Shown piece after piece: positions 49,684 to 62,400 of a DNA stretch of 64,000 bases. The stretch is taken from positions 16,492,001-16,556,000 of the forward strand of contig OZ059897.1 in the NCBI GenBank assembly GCA_964057225.1, in the 5' to 3' direction. This DNA comes from Auanema rhodensis. Taxonomy: Eukaryota; Animalia; Nematoda. The position numbers and the translations under genes are program-made. The notes under the pieces are model-generated. The model did not search any database and had not been told where the DNA came from. It saw only the letters and a list, made by a program, of their open reading frames with translations. Within the stretch, counting starts at the first letter, position 1, and each line of letters begins with the position of its first letter.

Positions 49684-52384
49684 TCCAGTAGGCTAGACGC
49701 TCATTTTTAAGAATTCTTAGCTCTCAAAAATAATAAAATCTAGCTTGGTAAACAAGAGAAAAAAGGGGGACAAAAACATGATTGAAAGCTACTAGTGAAG
49801 AGAGAAATTAAAGGAAGTACAAGCGGAAAGTGCAAGAGCGGATAAAAAAAAAAAGTTTTTGAGAAGAGATAAACACCATTAACTATAATAAGCTTACGGT
49901 AGATAGGCGGAGTCAGATTGTTGGCCAAGATTTGGAAAACTCCCTCTCATTTACCCTCCGCATCGCCCAGCAAAGCATGACTATCCTATTGCTCCCGAAT
50001 CTTTCTCTCTCCCAACACACATCTAAAAGAATCTTACGCACCTTACGTCAACATCCCACACGTAGCTCACCATTCTCGGTTTTTCCAAACCAAGAGTCCT
50101 ATAAAGGTGGCCAAAAGATTCTCATCGGCTTTCCGAGCCCTTTACCCGTCCGATACCAACAGTGACGCTACTGTCGCAAGTCGTCGCAGAAGCCGTACCC
50201 GACTTCTTAGTGTTCAAATAGAAAAACTGCACCAACCAGCCGAGAAGCCGAAGCCGCAAGTCGACCAGTTTTATACTCCCCGAGAAGGAACATATTCACC
50301 TTCTGACGACACCTACGAAGATCCGGACTTCATCATAGCCGACGACAGAAAAAATTTTTATATACATTCTTTTCTTTTCTGTAGATTGTAAAATGAAAGT
50401 AACGGTGAATTAGAAAAATTTTGATGAGAGATTAAGAGAATAAACAACCAAAAATAAGGAATAAGTGAAAATATAATATAAATAATAGGCTACCGTACTC
50501 CTTTACGACGATAGAGATAGTCTATCGCACTAAATTGAGCTCCATATGTATCTCCAAGAAGAGACGAAAATTGGCAGGCGCCTAAGCCACACCCCATCTG
50601 AGTGGTAGCCTCCATTAGTACTCAAGGATTCATTCAGAGAGACACATGAAGACGAAAACAATTAATAACTAAAAATCTTTATCCCCATCATCATTAGGAT
50701 ACGAGTAACCATGCACGCAAAAAGTTGAATAATTCCTTATTATCTCACATAAATCTCAAATTCATGGAACAATTTTTTTTATTACAGTACTACAATGACT
50801 AAATTTATTTTTCTAATCCTCCGTTACAAAATAACATAAAACCTATTATTGTATTCAAATTCTATCTTAATACCATAAAGAAACCTATTAAAACTATTTA
50901 TATATCTTTCTACATGTAGATTTTAAAACTTTTAATTTTATTTGTAAACTCCTAGACTCTAAAACTCAGCTACATATACACTAAAAACACTTTATATCGC
51001 GCGGACGCGAAAAATCTTTGAAAAAGGGCACGTTCCATTCGGACTCCCCATATATGTAGCTGAAGGGTTAGAGCCAGACGACCAGAGGACCGAGGAATGG
51101 CTCCGCCTTCCCTCGTTCCCTTGGTCGGGAGTTCGCCTCTTAGCAAGCTCATGGACGGCTTGTAGTTTAGTCTTTATACTTATATTTATCTTATTGTATT
51201 GTATCTTTATCTTTGTATATTATTGTTGTAGTTTCATGCTAATAAATCTTTCTCTCTTTTATCTTATGATTGACCTTATGCTCTTTATTCCTTACCGCTA
51301 CACCAAGGAATACTATGCGCGTCATAGTATAAACTACAATGGTTTATATTATCGACGCAGGAGCATAACGGAACGTGGAGGTTCCACCTCGAACTCATCT
51401 TTTGAAAAAAAAAATTTTCTTTTTATTGTAAAAGTCCATTTTTGCATTCTAAATTATAAATTCCTCCACTTGAAACAACAAAATGAAGGCGCCAATTTGT
51501 TTTAAGGTACAGATACAAGGGATCTCGCTTAAATGCGAGATAGGACCAATAAAAATTTTGCCCGCTGTCCTCAATTAAAACCGTCTGAATGTCCACCCTT
51601 TTCTATATCGTATCTTGTACCGCTTCTCATGCCATTTTGAGGACGTTTGGATTGAAATAGAGGACAATTTCGCCAAACGAGAAAATATAGTTGTTCACAT
51701 TTTTTTTTGGGGGCATAGAGAAGTTTGATTATTGGAACAAAAATTTATAAGACGCGCGCAATTGATTATAGTTTGTATATTTTGTGGTCAGGACTAGAAT
51801 TTTGAAATTATTATATTCAGACGTAAAAGATCATTTTACATATTATTTTGCGGGAAACCAAAAACGGTTACATAAATTGAATATAAAAAGAGACCACACT
51901 AGTCCGAAAAAGCCTGGTAAATCTGCAATAAGACTTCTCAGCTCTTATTTGACAGTCAGGTCAAGTTGGCGGAAGCATAACTGCTACGGATTTTATCCCC
52001 GTAGATTATGTCACCTTCCTCAAATCATTTCGTTGTTTCAACTCATAAGATACCCCTTATCTCCTACAGTAATCCTAAGTAAATTGGAAATGTTTAAAAA
52101 TAGACGTATTTTTCTCATTTTCAAAAAGAAATTCGCTTAGGAAAACGCACTTTTGCTTATTTTGATCGAGAAAAGGGACAGCCTTTTCAATAACTCTCCT
52201 CAAACCTCATTAGCATGCACAATGTCGAAAACATTTTGAGCAAAACATGCTATTTAAGGAAAAAGGAATGAGGAAAAGATTGAAAACATAAGTCCATTTT
52301 CTTGACGAAAACAGAGCAAAGCGCATAAAAAAAAAAAATAAAAAAAAAAAAAAAAAAAAAAAACAGAGTACAAGCTTTATTCAG

Positions 52385-52907
52385 TCAAAAACCCCACTTG
52401 AAAGCTAGCTGTCTTTCAAACTCTGCAGCAAGAGAGATAGGCTCGTAACTGGGGGAGAGGTAATCGGGATACTCTCTCCCCAGTGAGGTCCTCAGCTGCA
52501 ATCCAAGCGAAGAGCTATCATAACATACATGCATTTTAAACAAAATTTTACATAATAATTCATAGAATAAAGGCTGCCTCTCGGTATACCATCTCCAGGG
52601 ACTTCCTACAAGTCCACACAGGAGAGCGGCATAAAAATGCGCGCACAGGTCACGGAGACAGAGACGCCCTACGAGCTCAATCTCGGGCGCAATTTCCGCC
52701 ATAGCGGAAAAATTAACGAGGCCCCTGCCCAAATAGAACATTTGCAGATCCTCAATAAACTAAAATAGAAAAAAGAAAATACTGAAAATTGAAATTGACT
52801 AATGCACCAACCATTAATATTATATCAGGATGGGGCCTATAAGCCAATCTCTCTTCAGCATCATAAAAGACAATAACGTCATACAGCTTTTGCATGACAA
52901 AGGTCAT
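52385..52907 (-). CDS. Orphan two-exon gene, copy 2
   Basis: Same as copy 1, with one E>D and one synonymous difference. Confidence 0.55.
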
Positions 52908-53418
52908 TCCAGTAGGCTAGACGCTCATTTTTAAGAATTCTTAGCTCTCAAAAATAATAAAATCTAGCTTGGTAAACAAGAGAAAAAAGGGGGACAAAAA
53001 CATGATTGAAAGCTACTAGTGAAGAGAGAAATTAAAGGAAGTACAAGCGGAAAGTGCAAGAGCGGATAAAAAAAAAAAGTTTTTGAGAAGAGATAAACAC
53101 CATTAACTATAATAAGCTTACGGTAGATAGGCGGAGTCAGATTGTTGGCCAAGATTTGGAAAACTCCCTCTCATTTACCCTCCGCATCGCCCAGCAAAGC
53201 ATGACTATCCTATTGCTCCCGAATCTTTCTCTCTCCCAACACACATCTAAAAGAATCTTACGCACCTTACGTCAACATCCCACACGTAGCTCACCATTCT
53301 CGGTTTTTCCAAACCAAGAGTCCTATAAAGGTGGCCAAAAGATTCTCATCGGCTTTCCGAGCCCTTTACCCGTCCGATAACAACAGTGACGCTACTGTCG
53401 CAAGTCGTCGCAGAAGCC

Positions 53419-56400
53419 TTGTTCAGAATGTTTTTTGATTGTGTCTATAGCTCCATTGGCGCAGTTGGTTAGCGCGTGGTACTTATAAGTATAAGTGATG
53501 CCGAGGTCAGCAGTTCGATCCTGCTATGGAGCAAAGTTTTGGCTCTGGCTGGCGCCTAATGTTTTCTTGGTATCTATGAAAAACAGATTGTTCAGAATGT
53601 TTTTTGATTGTGTCTATAGCTCCATTGGCGCAGTTGGTTAGCGCGTGGTACTTATAAGTATAAGTGATGCCGAGGTCAGCAGTTCGATCCTGCTATGGAG
53701 CAAAGTTTTGGCTCTGGCTGGCGCCTAATGTTTTCTTGGTATCTATGAAAAACAGATTGTTCAGAATGTTTTTTGATTGTGTGTATAGCTCCATTGGCGC
53801 AGTTGGTTAGCGCGTGGTACTTATAAGTATAAGTGATGCCGAGGTCAGCAGTTCGATCCTGCTATGGAGCAAAGTTTTGGCTCGGGCTGGCGCCTAATGT
53901 TTTCTTGGTATCTATGAAAAACAGATTGTTCAGAATGTTTTTTGATTGTGTGTATAGCTCCATTGGCGCAGTTGGTTAGCGCGTGGTACTTATAAGTATA
54001 AGTGATGCCGAGGTCAGCAGTTCGATCATGCTATGGAGCAAAGTTTTGGCTCTGGCTGGCGCCTAATGTTTTCTTGGTATCTATGAAAAACAGATTGTTC
54101 AGAATGTTTTTTGATTGTGTCTATAGCTCCATTGGCGCAGTTGGTTAGCGCGTGGTACTTATAAGTATAAGTGATGCCGAGGTCAGCAGTTCGATCCTGC
54201 TATGGAGCAAAGTTTTGGCTCTGGCTGGCGCCTAATGTTTTCTTGGTATCTATGAAAAACAGATTGTTCAGAATGTTTTTTGATTGTGTGTATAGCTCCA
54301 TTGGCGCAGTTGGTTAGCGCGTGGTCCTTATAAGTATAAGTGATGCCGAGGTCAGCAGTTCGATCCTGCTATGGAGCAAAGTTTTGGCTCGGGCTGGCGC
54401 CTAATGTTTTCTTGGTATCTATGAAAAACAGATTGTTCAGTATGTTTTTTGATTGTGTCTATAGCTCCATTGGCGCAGTTGGTTAGCGCGTGGTACTTAT
54501 AAGTATAAGTGATGCCGAGGTCAGCAGTTCGATCCTGCTATGGAGCAAAGTTTTAGCTCGGTTCGGCGCCTAATGTTTTCTTGGTATCTATGAAAAACAG
54601 ATTGTTCAGAATGTTTTTTGATTGTGTCTATAGCTCCATTGGCGCAGTTGGTTAGCGCGTGGTACTTATAAGTATAAGTGATGCCGAGGTCAGCAGTTCG
54701 ATCCTGCTATGGAGCAAAGTTTTGGCTCTGGCTGGCGCCTAATGTTTTCTTGGTATCTATGAAAAACAGATTGTTCAGAATGTTTTTTGATTGTGTGTAT
54801 AGCTCCATTGGCGCAGTTGGTTAGCGCGTGGTACTTATAAGTATAAGTGATGCCGAGGTCAGCAGTTCGATCCTGCTATGGAGCAAAGTTTTGGCTCGGG
54901 CTGGCGCCTAATGTTTTCTTGGTATCTATGAAAAACAGATTGTTCAGAATGTTTTTTGATTGTGTGTATAGCTCCATTGGCGCAGTTGGTTAGCGCGTGG
55001 TACTTATAAGTATAAGTGATGCCGAGGTCAGCAGTTCGATCATGCTGTGGAGCAAAGTTTTGGCTCTGGCTGGCGCCTAATGTTTTCTTGGTATCTATGA
55101 AAAACAGATTGTTCAGAATGTTTTTTGATTGTGTGTATAGCTCCATTGGCGCAGTTGGTTAGCGCGTGGTCCTTATAAGTATAAGTGATGCCGAGGTCAG
55201 CAGTTCGATCCTGCTATGGAGCAAAGTTTTGGCTCGGGCTGGCGCCTAATGTTTTCTTGGTATCTATGAAAAACAGATTGTTCAGAATGTTTTTTGATTG
55301 TGTCTATAGCTCCATTGGCGCAGTTGGTTAGCGCGTGGTACTTATAAGTATAAGTGATGCCGAGGTCAGCAGTTCGATCCTGCTGTGGAGCAAAGTTTTG
55401 GCTCTGGCTGGCGCCTAATGTTTTCTTGGTATCTATGAAAAACAGATTGTTCAGAATGTTTTTTGATTGTGTCTATAGCTCCATTGGCGCAGTTGGTTAG
55501 CGCGTGGTACTTATAAGTATAAGTGATGCCGAGGTCAGCAGTTCGATCCTGCTATGGAGCAAAGTTTTGGCTCTGGCTGGCGCCTAATGTTTTCTTGGTA
55601 TCTATGAAAAACAGATTGTTCAGAATGTTTTTTGATTGTGTGTATAGCTCCATTGGCGCAGTTGGTTAGCGCGTGGTCCTTATAAGTATAAGTGATGCCG
55701 AGGTCAGCAGTTCGATCCTGCTATGGAGCAAAGTTTTGGCTCGGGCTGGCGCCTAATGTTTTCTTGGTATCTATGAAAAACAGATTGTTCAGAATGTTTT
55801 TTGATTGTGTCTATAGCTCCATTGGCGCAGTTGGTTAGCGCGTGGTACTTATAAGTATAAGTGATGCCGAGGTCAGCAGTTCGATCCTGCTATGGAGCAA
55901 AGTTTTGGCTCTGGCTGGCGCCTAATGTTTTCTTGGTATCTATGAAAAACAGATTGTTCAGAATGTTTTTTGATTGTGTCTATAGCTCCATTGGCGTAGT
56001 TGGTTAGCGCGTGGTACTTATAAGTATAAGTGATGCCGAGGTCAGCAGTTCGATCCTGCTATGGAGCAAAGTTTTAGCTCCGTTCGGCGCCTAATGTTTT
56101 CTTGGTATCCATGAAAAACAGATTGTTCAGAATGTTTTTTGATTGTGTCTATAGCTCCATTGGCGCAGTTGGTTAGCGCGTGGTACTTATAAGTATAAGT
56201 GATGCCGAGGTCAGCAGTTCGATCCTGCTATGGAGCAAAGTTTTGGCTCTGGCTGGCGCCTAATGTTTTCTTGGTATCTATGAAAAACAGATTGTTCAGA
56301 ATGTTTTTTGATTGTGTCTATAGCTCCATTGGCGCAGTTGGTTAGCGCGTGGTACTTATAAGTATAAGTGATGCCGAGGTCAGCAGTTCGATCCTGCTAT

Positions 56401-59400
56401 GGAGCAAAGTTTTGGCTCTGGCTGGCGCCTAATGTTTTCTTGGTATCTATGAAAAACAGATTGTTCAGAATGTTTTTTGATTGTGTGTATAGCTCCATTG
56501 GCGCAGTTGGTTAGCGCGTGGTACTTATAAGTATAAGTGATGCCGAGGTCAGCAGTTCGATCCTGCTATGGAGCAAAGTTTTGGCTCGGGCTGGCGCCTA
56601 ATGTTTTCTTGGTATCTATGAAAAACAGATTGTTCAGAATGTTTTTTGATTGTGTGTATAGCTCCATTGGCGCAGTTGGTTAGCGCGTGGTACTTATAAG
56701 TATAAGTGATGCCGAGGTCAGCAGTTCGATCCTGCTATGGAGCAAAGTTTCGGCTCTGGCTGGCGCCTAATGTTTTCTTGGTATCTATGAAAAACAGATT
56801 GTTCAGAATGTTTTTTGATTGTGTGTATAGCTCCATTGGCGCAGTTGGTTAGCGCGTGGTCCTTATAAGTATAAGTGATGCCGAGGTCAGCAGTTCGATC
56901 CTGCTATGGAGCAAAGTTTTGGCTCTGGCTGGCGCCTAATGTTTTCTTGGTATCTATGAAAAACAGATTGTTCAGAATGTTTTTTGATTGTGTCTATAGC
57001 TCCATTGGCGTAGTTGGTTAGCGCGTGGTACTTATAAGTATAAGTGATGCCGAGGTCAGCAGTTCGATCCTGCTATGGAGCAAAGTTTTAGCTCTGGCTG
57101 GCGCCTAATGTTTTCTTGGTATCTATGAAAAACAGATTGTTCAGAATGTTTTTTGATTGTGTCTATAGCTCCATTGGCGCAGTTGGTTAGCGCGTGGTAC
57201 TTATAAGTATAAGTGATGCCGAGGTCAGCAGTTCGATCCTGCTATGGAGCAAAGTTTTGGCTCTGGCTGGCGCCTAATGTTTTCTTGGTATCTATGAAAA
57301 ACAGATTGTTCAGAATGTTTTTTGATTGTGTGTATAGCTCCATTGGCGCAGTTGGTTAGCGCGTGGTCCTTATAAGTATAAGTGATGCCGAGGTCAGCAG
57401 TTCGATCCTGCTATGGAGCAAAGTTTTGGCTCTGGCTGGCGCCTAATGTTTTCTTGGTATCTATGAAAAACAGATTGTTCAGAATGTTTTTTGATTGTGT
57501 GTATAGCTCCATTGGCGCAGTTGGTTAGCGCGTGGTACTTATAAGTATAAGTGATGCCGAGGTCAGCAGTTCGATCCTGCTATGGAGCAAAGTTTTGGCT
57601 CTGGCTGGCGCCTAATGTTTTCTTGGTATCTATGAAAAACAGATTGTTCAGAATGTTTTTTGATTGTGTGTATAGCTCCATTGGCGCAGTTGGTTAGCGC
57701 GTGGTACTTATAAGTATAAGTGATGCCGAGGTCAGCAGTTCGATCCTGCTATGGAGCAAAGTTTTGGCTCGGGCTGGCGCCTAATGTTTTCTTGGTATCT
57801 ATGAAAAACAGATTGTTCAGAATGTTTTTTGATTGTGTGTATAGCTCCATTGGCGCAGTTGGTTAGCGCGTGGTCCTTATAAGTATAAGTGATGCCGAGG
57901 TCAGCAGTTCGATCCTGCTATGGAGCAAAGTTTTGGCTCGGGCTGGCGCCTAATGTTTTCTTGGTATCTATGAAAAACAGATTGTTCAGAATGTTTTTTG
58001 ATTGTGTCTATAGCTCCATTGGCGCAGTTGGTTAGCGCGTGGTACTTATAAGTATAAGTGATGCCGAGGTCAGCAGTTCGATCCTGCTATGGAGCAAAGT
58101 TTTGGCTCTGGCTGGCGCCTAATGTTTTCTTGGTATCTATGAAAAACAGATTGTTCAGAATGTTTTTTGATTGTGTCTATAGCTCCATTGGCGTAGTTGG
58201 TTAGCGCGTGGTACTTATAAGTATAAGTGATGCCGAGGTCAGCAGTTCGATCCTGCTATGGAGCAAAGTTTTAGCTCCGTTCGGCGCCTAATGTTTTCTT
58301 GGTATCCATGAAAAACAGATTGTTCAGAATGTTTTTTGATTGTGTCTATAGCTCCATTGGCGCAGTTGGTTAGCGCGTGGTACTTATAAGTATAAGTGAT
58401 GCCGAGGTCAGCAGTTCGATCCTGCTATGGAGCAAAGTTTTGGCTCTGGCTGGTGCCTAATGTTTTCTTGGTATCTATGAAAAACAGATTGTTCAGAATG
58501 TTTTTTGATTGTGTCTATAGCTCCATTGGCGCAGTTGGTTAGCGCGTGGTACTTATAAGTATAAGTGATGCCGAGGTCAGCAGTTCGATCCTGCTATGGA
58601 GCAAAGTTTTAGCTCCGTTCGGCGCCTAATGTTTTCTTGGTATCCATGAAAAACAGATTGTTCAGAATGTTTTTTGATTGTGTCTATAGCTCCATTGGCG
58701 CAGTTGGTTAGCGCGTGGTACTTATAAGTATAAGTGATGCCGAGGTCAGCAGTTCGATCCTGCTATGGAGCAAAGTTTTGGCTCTGGCTGGCGCCTAATG
58801 TTTTCTTGGTATCTATGAAAAACAGATTGTTCAGAATGTTTTTTGATTGTGTCTATAGCTCCATTGGCGCAGTTGGTTAGCGCGTGGTACTTATAAGTAT
58901 AAGTGATGCCGAGGTCAGCAGTTCGATCCTGCTATGGAGCAAAGTTTTGGCTCTGGCTGGCGCCTAATGTTTTCTTGGTATCTATGAAAAACAGATTGTT
59001 CAGAATGTTTTTTGATTGTGTGTATAGCTCCATTGGCGCAGTTGGTTAGCGCGTGGTACTTATAAGTATAAGTGATGCCGAGGTCAGCAGTTCGATCCTG
59101 CTATGGAGCAAAGTTTTGGCTCGGGCTGGCGCCTAATGTTTTCTTGGTATCTATGAAAAACAGATTGTTCAGAATGTTTTTTGATTGTGTGTATAGCTCC
59201 ATTGGCGCAGTTGGTTAGCGCGTGGTCCTTATAAGTATAAGTGATGCCGAGGTCAGCAGTTCGATCCTGCTATGGAGCAAAGTTTTGGCTCGGGCTGGCG
59301 CCTAATGTTTTCTTGGTATCTATGAAAAACAGATTGTTCAGAATGTTTTTTGATTGTGTCTATAGCTCCATTGGCGCAGTTGGTTAGCGCGTGGTACTTA

Positions 59401-62400
59401 TAAGTATAAGTGATGCCGAGGTCAGCAGTTCGATCCTGCTATGGAGCAAAGTTTTGGCTCTGGCTGGCGCCTAATGTTTTCTTGGTATCTATGAAAAACA
59501 GATTGTTCAGAATGTTTTTTGATTGTGTCTATAGCTCCATTGGCGTAGTTGGTTAGCGCGTGGTACTTATAAGTATAAGTGATGCCGAGGTCAGCAGTTC
59601 GATCCTGCTATGGAGCAAAGTTTTAGCTCCGTTCGGCGCCTAATGTTTTCTTGGTATCCATGAAAAACAGATTGTTCAGAATGTTTTTTGATTGTGTCTA
59701 TAGCTCCATTGGCGCAGTTGGTTAGCGCGTGGTACTTATAAGTATAAGTGATGCCGAGGTCAGCAGTTCGATCCTGCTATGGAGCAAAGTTTTGGCTCTG
59801 GCTGGCGCCTAATGTTTTCTTGGTATCTATGAAAAACAGATTGTTCAGAATGTTTTTTGATTGTGTCTATAGCTCCATTGGCGCAGTTGGTTAGCGCGTG
59901 GTACTTATAAGTATAAGTGATGCCGAGGTCAGCAGTTCGATCCTGCTATGGAGCAAAGTTTTGGCTCTGGCTGGCGCCTAATGTTTTCTTGGTATCTATG
60001 AAAAACAGATTGTTCAGAATGTTTTTTGATTGTGTGTATAGCTCCATTGGCGCAGTTGGTTAGCGCGTGGTACTTATAAGTATAAGTGATGCCGAGGTCA
60101 GCAGTTCGATCCTGCTATGGAGCAAAGTTTTGGCTCGGGCTGGCGCCTAATGTTTTCTTGGTATCTATGAAAAACAGATTGTTCAGAATGTTTTTTGATT
60201 GTGTGTATAGCTCCATTGGCGCAGTTGGTTAGCGCGTGGTACTTATAAGTATAAGTGATGCCGAGGTCAGCAGTTCGATCCTGCTATGGAGCAAAGTTTC
60301 GGCTCTGGCTGGCGCCTAATGTTTTCTTGGTATCTATGAAAAACAGATTGTTCAGAATGTTTTTTGATTGTGTGTATAGCTCCATTGGCGCAGTTGGTTA
60401 GCGCGTGGTCCTTATAAGTATAAGTGATGCCGAGGTCAGCAGTTCGATCCTGCTATGGAGCAAAGTTTTGGCTCTGGCTGGCGCCTAATGTTTTCTTGGT
60501 ATCTATGAAAAACAGATTGTTCAGAATGTTTTTTGATTGTGTCTATAGCTCCATTGGCGTAGTTGGTTAGCGCGTGGTACTTATAAGTATAAGTGATGCC
60601 GAGGTCAGCAGTTCGATCCTGCTATGGAGCAAAGTTTTAGCTCTGGCTGGCGCCTAATGTTTTCTTGGTATCTATGAAAAACAGATTGTTCAGAATGTTT
60701 TTTGATTGTGTCTATAGCTCCATTGGCGCAGTTGGTTAGCGCGTGGTACTTATAAGTATAAGTGATGCCGAGGTCAGCAGTTCGATCCTGCTATGGAGCA
60801 AAGTTTTGGCTCTGGCTGGCGCCTAATGTTTTCTTGGTATCTATGAAAAACAGATTGTTCAGAATGTTTTTTGATTGTGTGTATAGCTCCATTGGCGCAG
60901 TTGGTTAGCGCGTGGTCCTTATAAGTATAAGTGATGCCGAGGTCAGCAGTTCGATCCTGCTATGGAGCAAAGTTTTGGCTCTGGCTGGCGCCTAATGTTT
61001 TCTTGGTATCTATGAAAAACAGATTGTTCAGAATGTTTTTTGATTGTGTGTATAGCTCCATTGGCGCAGTTGGTTAGCGCGTGGTACTTATAAGTATAAG
61101 TGATGCCGAGGTCAGCAGTTCGATCCTGCTATGGAGCAAAGTTTTGGCTCTGGCTGGCGCCTAATGTTTTCTTGGTATCTATGAAAAACAGATTGTTCAG
61201 AATGTTTTTTGATTGTGTGTATAGCTCCATTGGCGCAGTTGGTTAGCGCGTGGTACTTATAAGTATAAGTGATGCCGAGGTCAGCAGTTCGATCCTGCTA
61301 TGGAGCAAAGTTTTGGCTCGGGCTGGCGCCTAATGTTTTCTTGGTATCTATGAAAAACAGATTGTTCAGAATGTTTTTTGATTGTGTGTATAGCTCCATT
61401 GGCGCAGTTGGTTAGCGCGTGGTCCTTATAAGTATAAGTGATGCCGAGGTCAGCAGTTCGATCCTGCTATGGAGCAAAGTTTTGGCTCGGGCTGGCGCCT
61501 AATGTTTTCTTGGTATCTATGAAAAACAGATTGTTCAGAATGTTTTTTGATTGTGTCTATAGCTCCATTGGCGCAGTTGGTTAGCGCGTGGTACTTATAA
61601 GTATAAGTGATGCCGAGGTCAGCAGTTCGATCCTGCTATGGAGCAAAGTTTTGGCTCTGGCTGGCGCCTAATGTTTTCTTGGTATCTATGAAAAACAGAT
61701 TGTTCAGAATGTTTTTTGATTGTGTCTATAGCTCCATTGGCGTAGTTGGTTAGCGCGTGGTACTTATAAGTATAAGTGATGCCGAGGTCAGCAGTTCGAT
61801 CCTGCTATGGAGCAAAGTTTTAGCTCCGTTCGGCGCCTAATGTTTTCTTGGTATCCATGAAAAACAGATTGTTCAGAATGTTTTTTGATTGTGTCTATAG
61901 CTCCATTGGCGCAGTTGGTTAGCGCGTGGTACTTATAAGTATAAGTGATGCCGAGGTCAGCAGTTCGATCCTGCTATGGAGCAAAGTTTTGGCTCTGGCT
62001 GGTGCCTAATGTTTTCTTGGTATCTATGAAAAACAGATTGTTCAGAATGTTTTTTGATTGTGTCTATAGCTCCATTGGCGCAGTTGGTTAGCGCGTGGTA
62101 CTTATAAGTATAAGTGATGCCGAGGTCAGCAGTTCGATCCTGCTATGGAGCAAAGTTTTAGCTCCGTTCGGCGCCTAATGTTTTCTTGGTATCCATGAAA
62201 AACAGATTGTTCAGAATGTTTTTTGATTGTGTCTATAGCTCCATTGGCGCAGTTGGTTAGCGCGTGGTACTTATAAGTATAAGTGATGCCGAGGTCAGCA
62301 GTTCGATCCTGCTATGGAGCAAAGTTTTGGCTCTGGCTGGCGCCTAATGTTTTCTTGGTATCTATGAAAAACAGATTGTTCAGAATGTTTTTTGATTGTG

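Larger units (their letters stand above)
47819..53418. mobile_element. 5.6-kb insert of ~1.74 tandem copies of an unclassified 3212-bp unit
   Basis: 47819-50194 recurs at 51031-53418 (three substitutions noticed plus a 12-bp longer A-tract), while 50195-51030 occurs once. There is no TSD, and 79 bp (mod 169) of array is missing. Mobility is inferred, not shown. Confidence 0.6.

Noticed and set aside
49754-49770. Retroviral-like polypurine tract AAGAGAAAAAAGGGGGA
   Set aside because: It is not followed by TG or any definable LTR start, and may simply be an intronic pyrimidine tract of the minus strand.
47819-51030. Hammerhead ribozyme / retrozyme / Penelope-like element
   Set aside because: CTGANGA matches (~50303 plus; ~49265 and ~49628 minus) lack a properly placed stem II and GAAA. 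No RT or GIY-YIG ORF is seen.
47819-51030. CRESS virus or Helitron assignment
   Set aside because: I found no NANTATTAC in a stem-loop, no HUH/Walker A motifs, and no hairpin-CTAG 3' end. A non-autonomous relative is not excluded.
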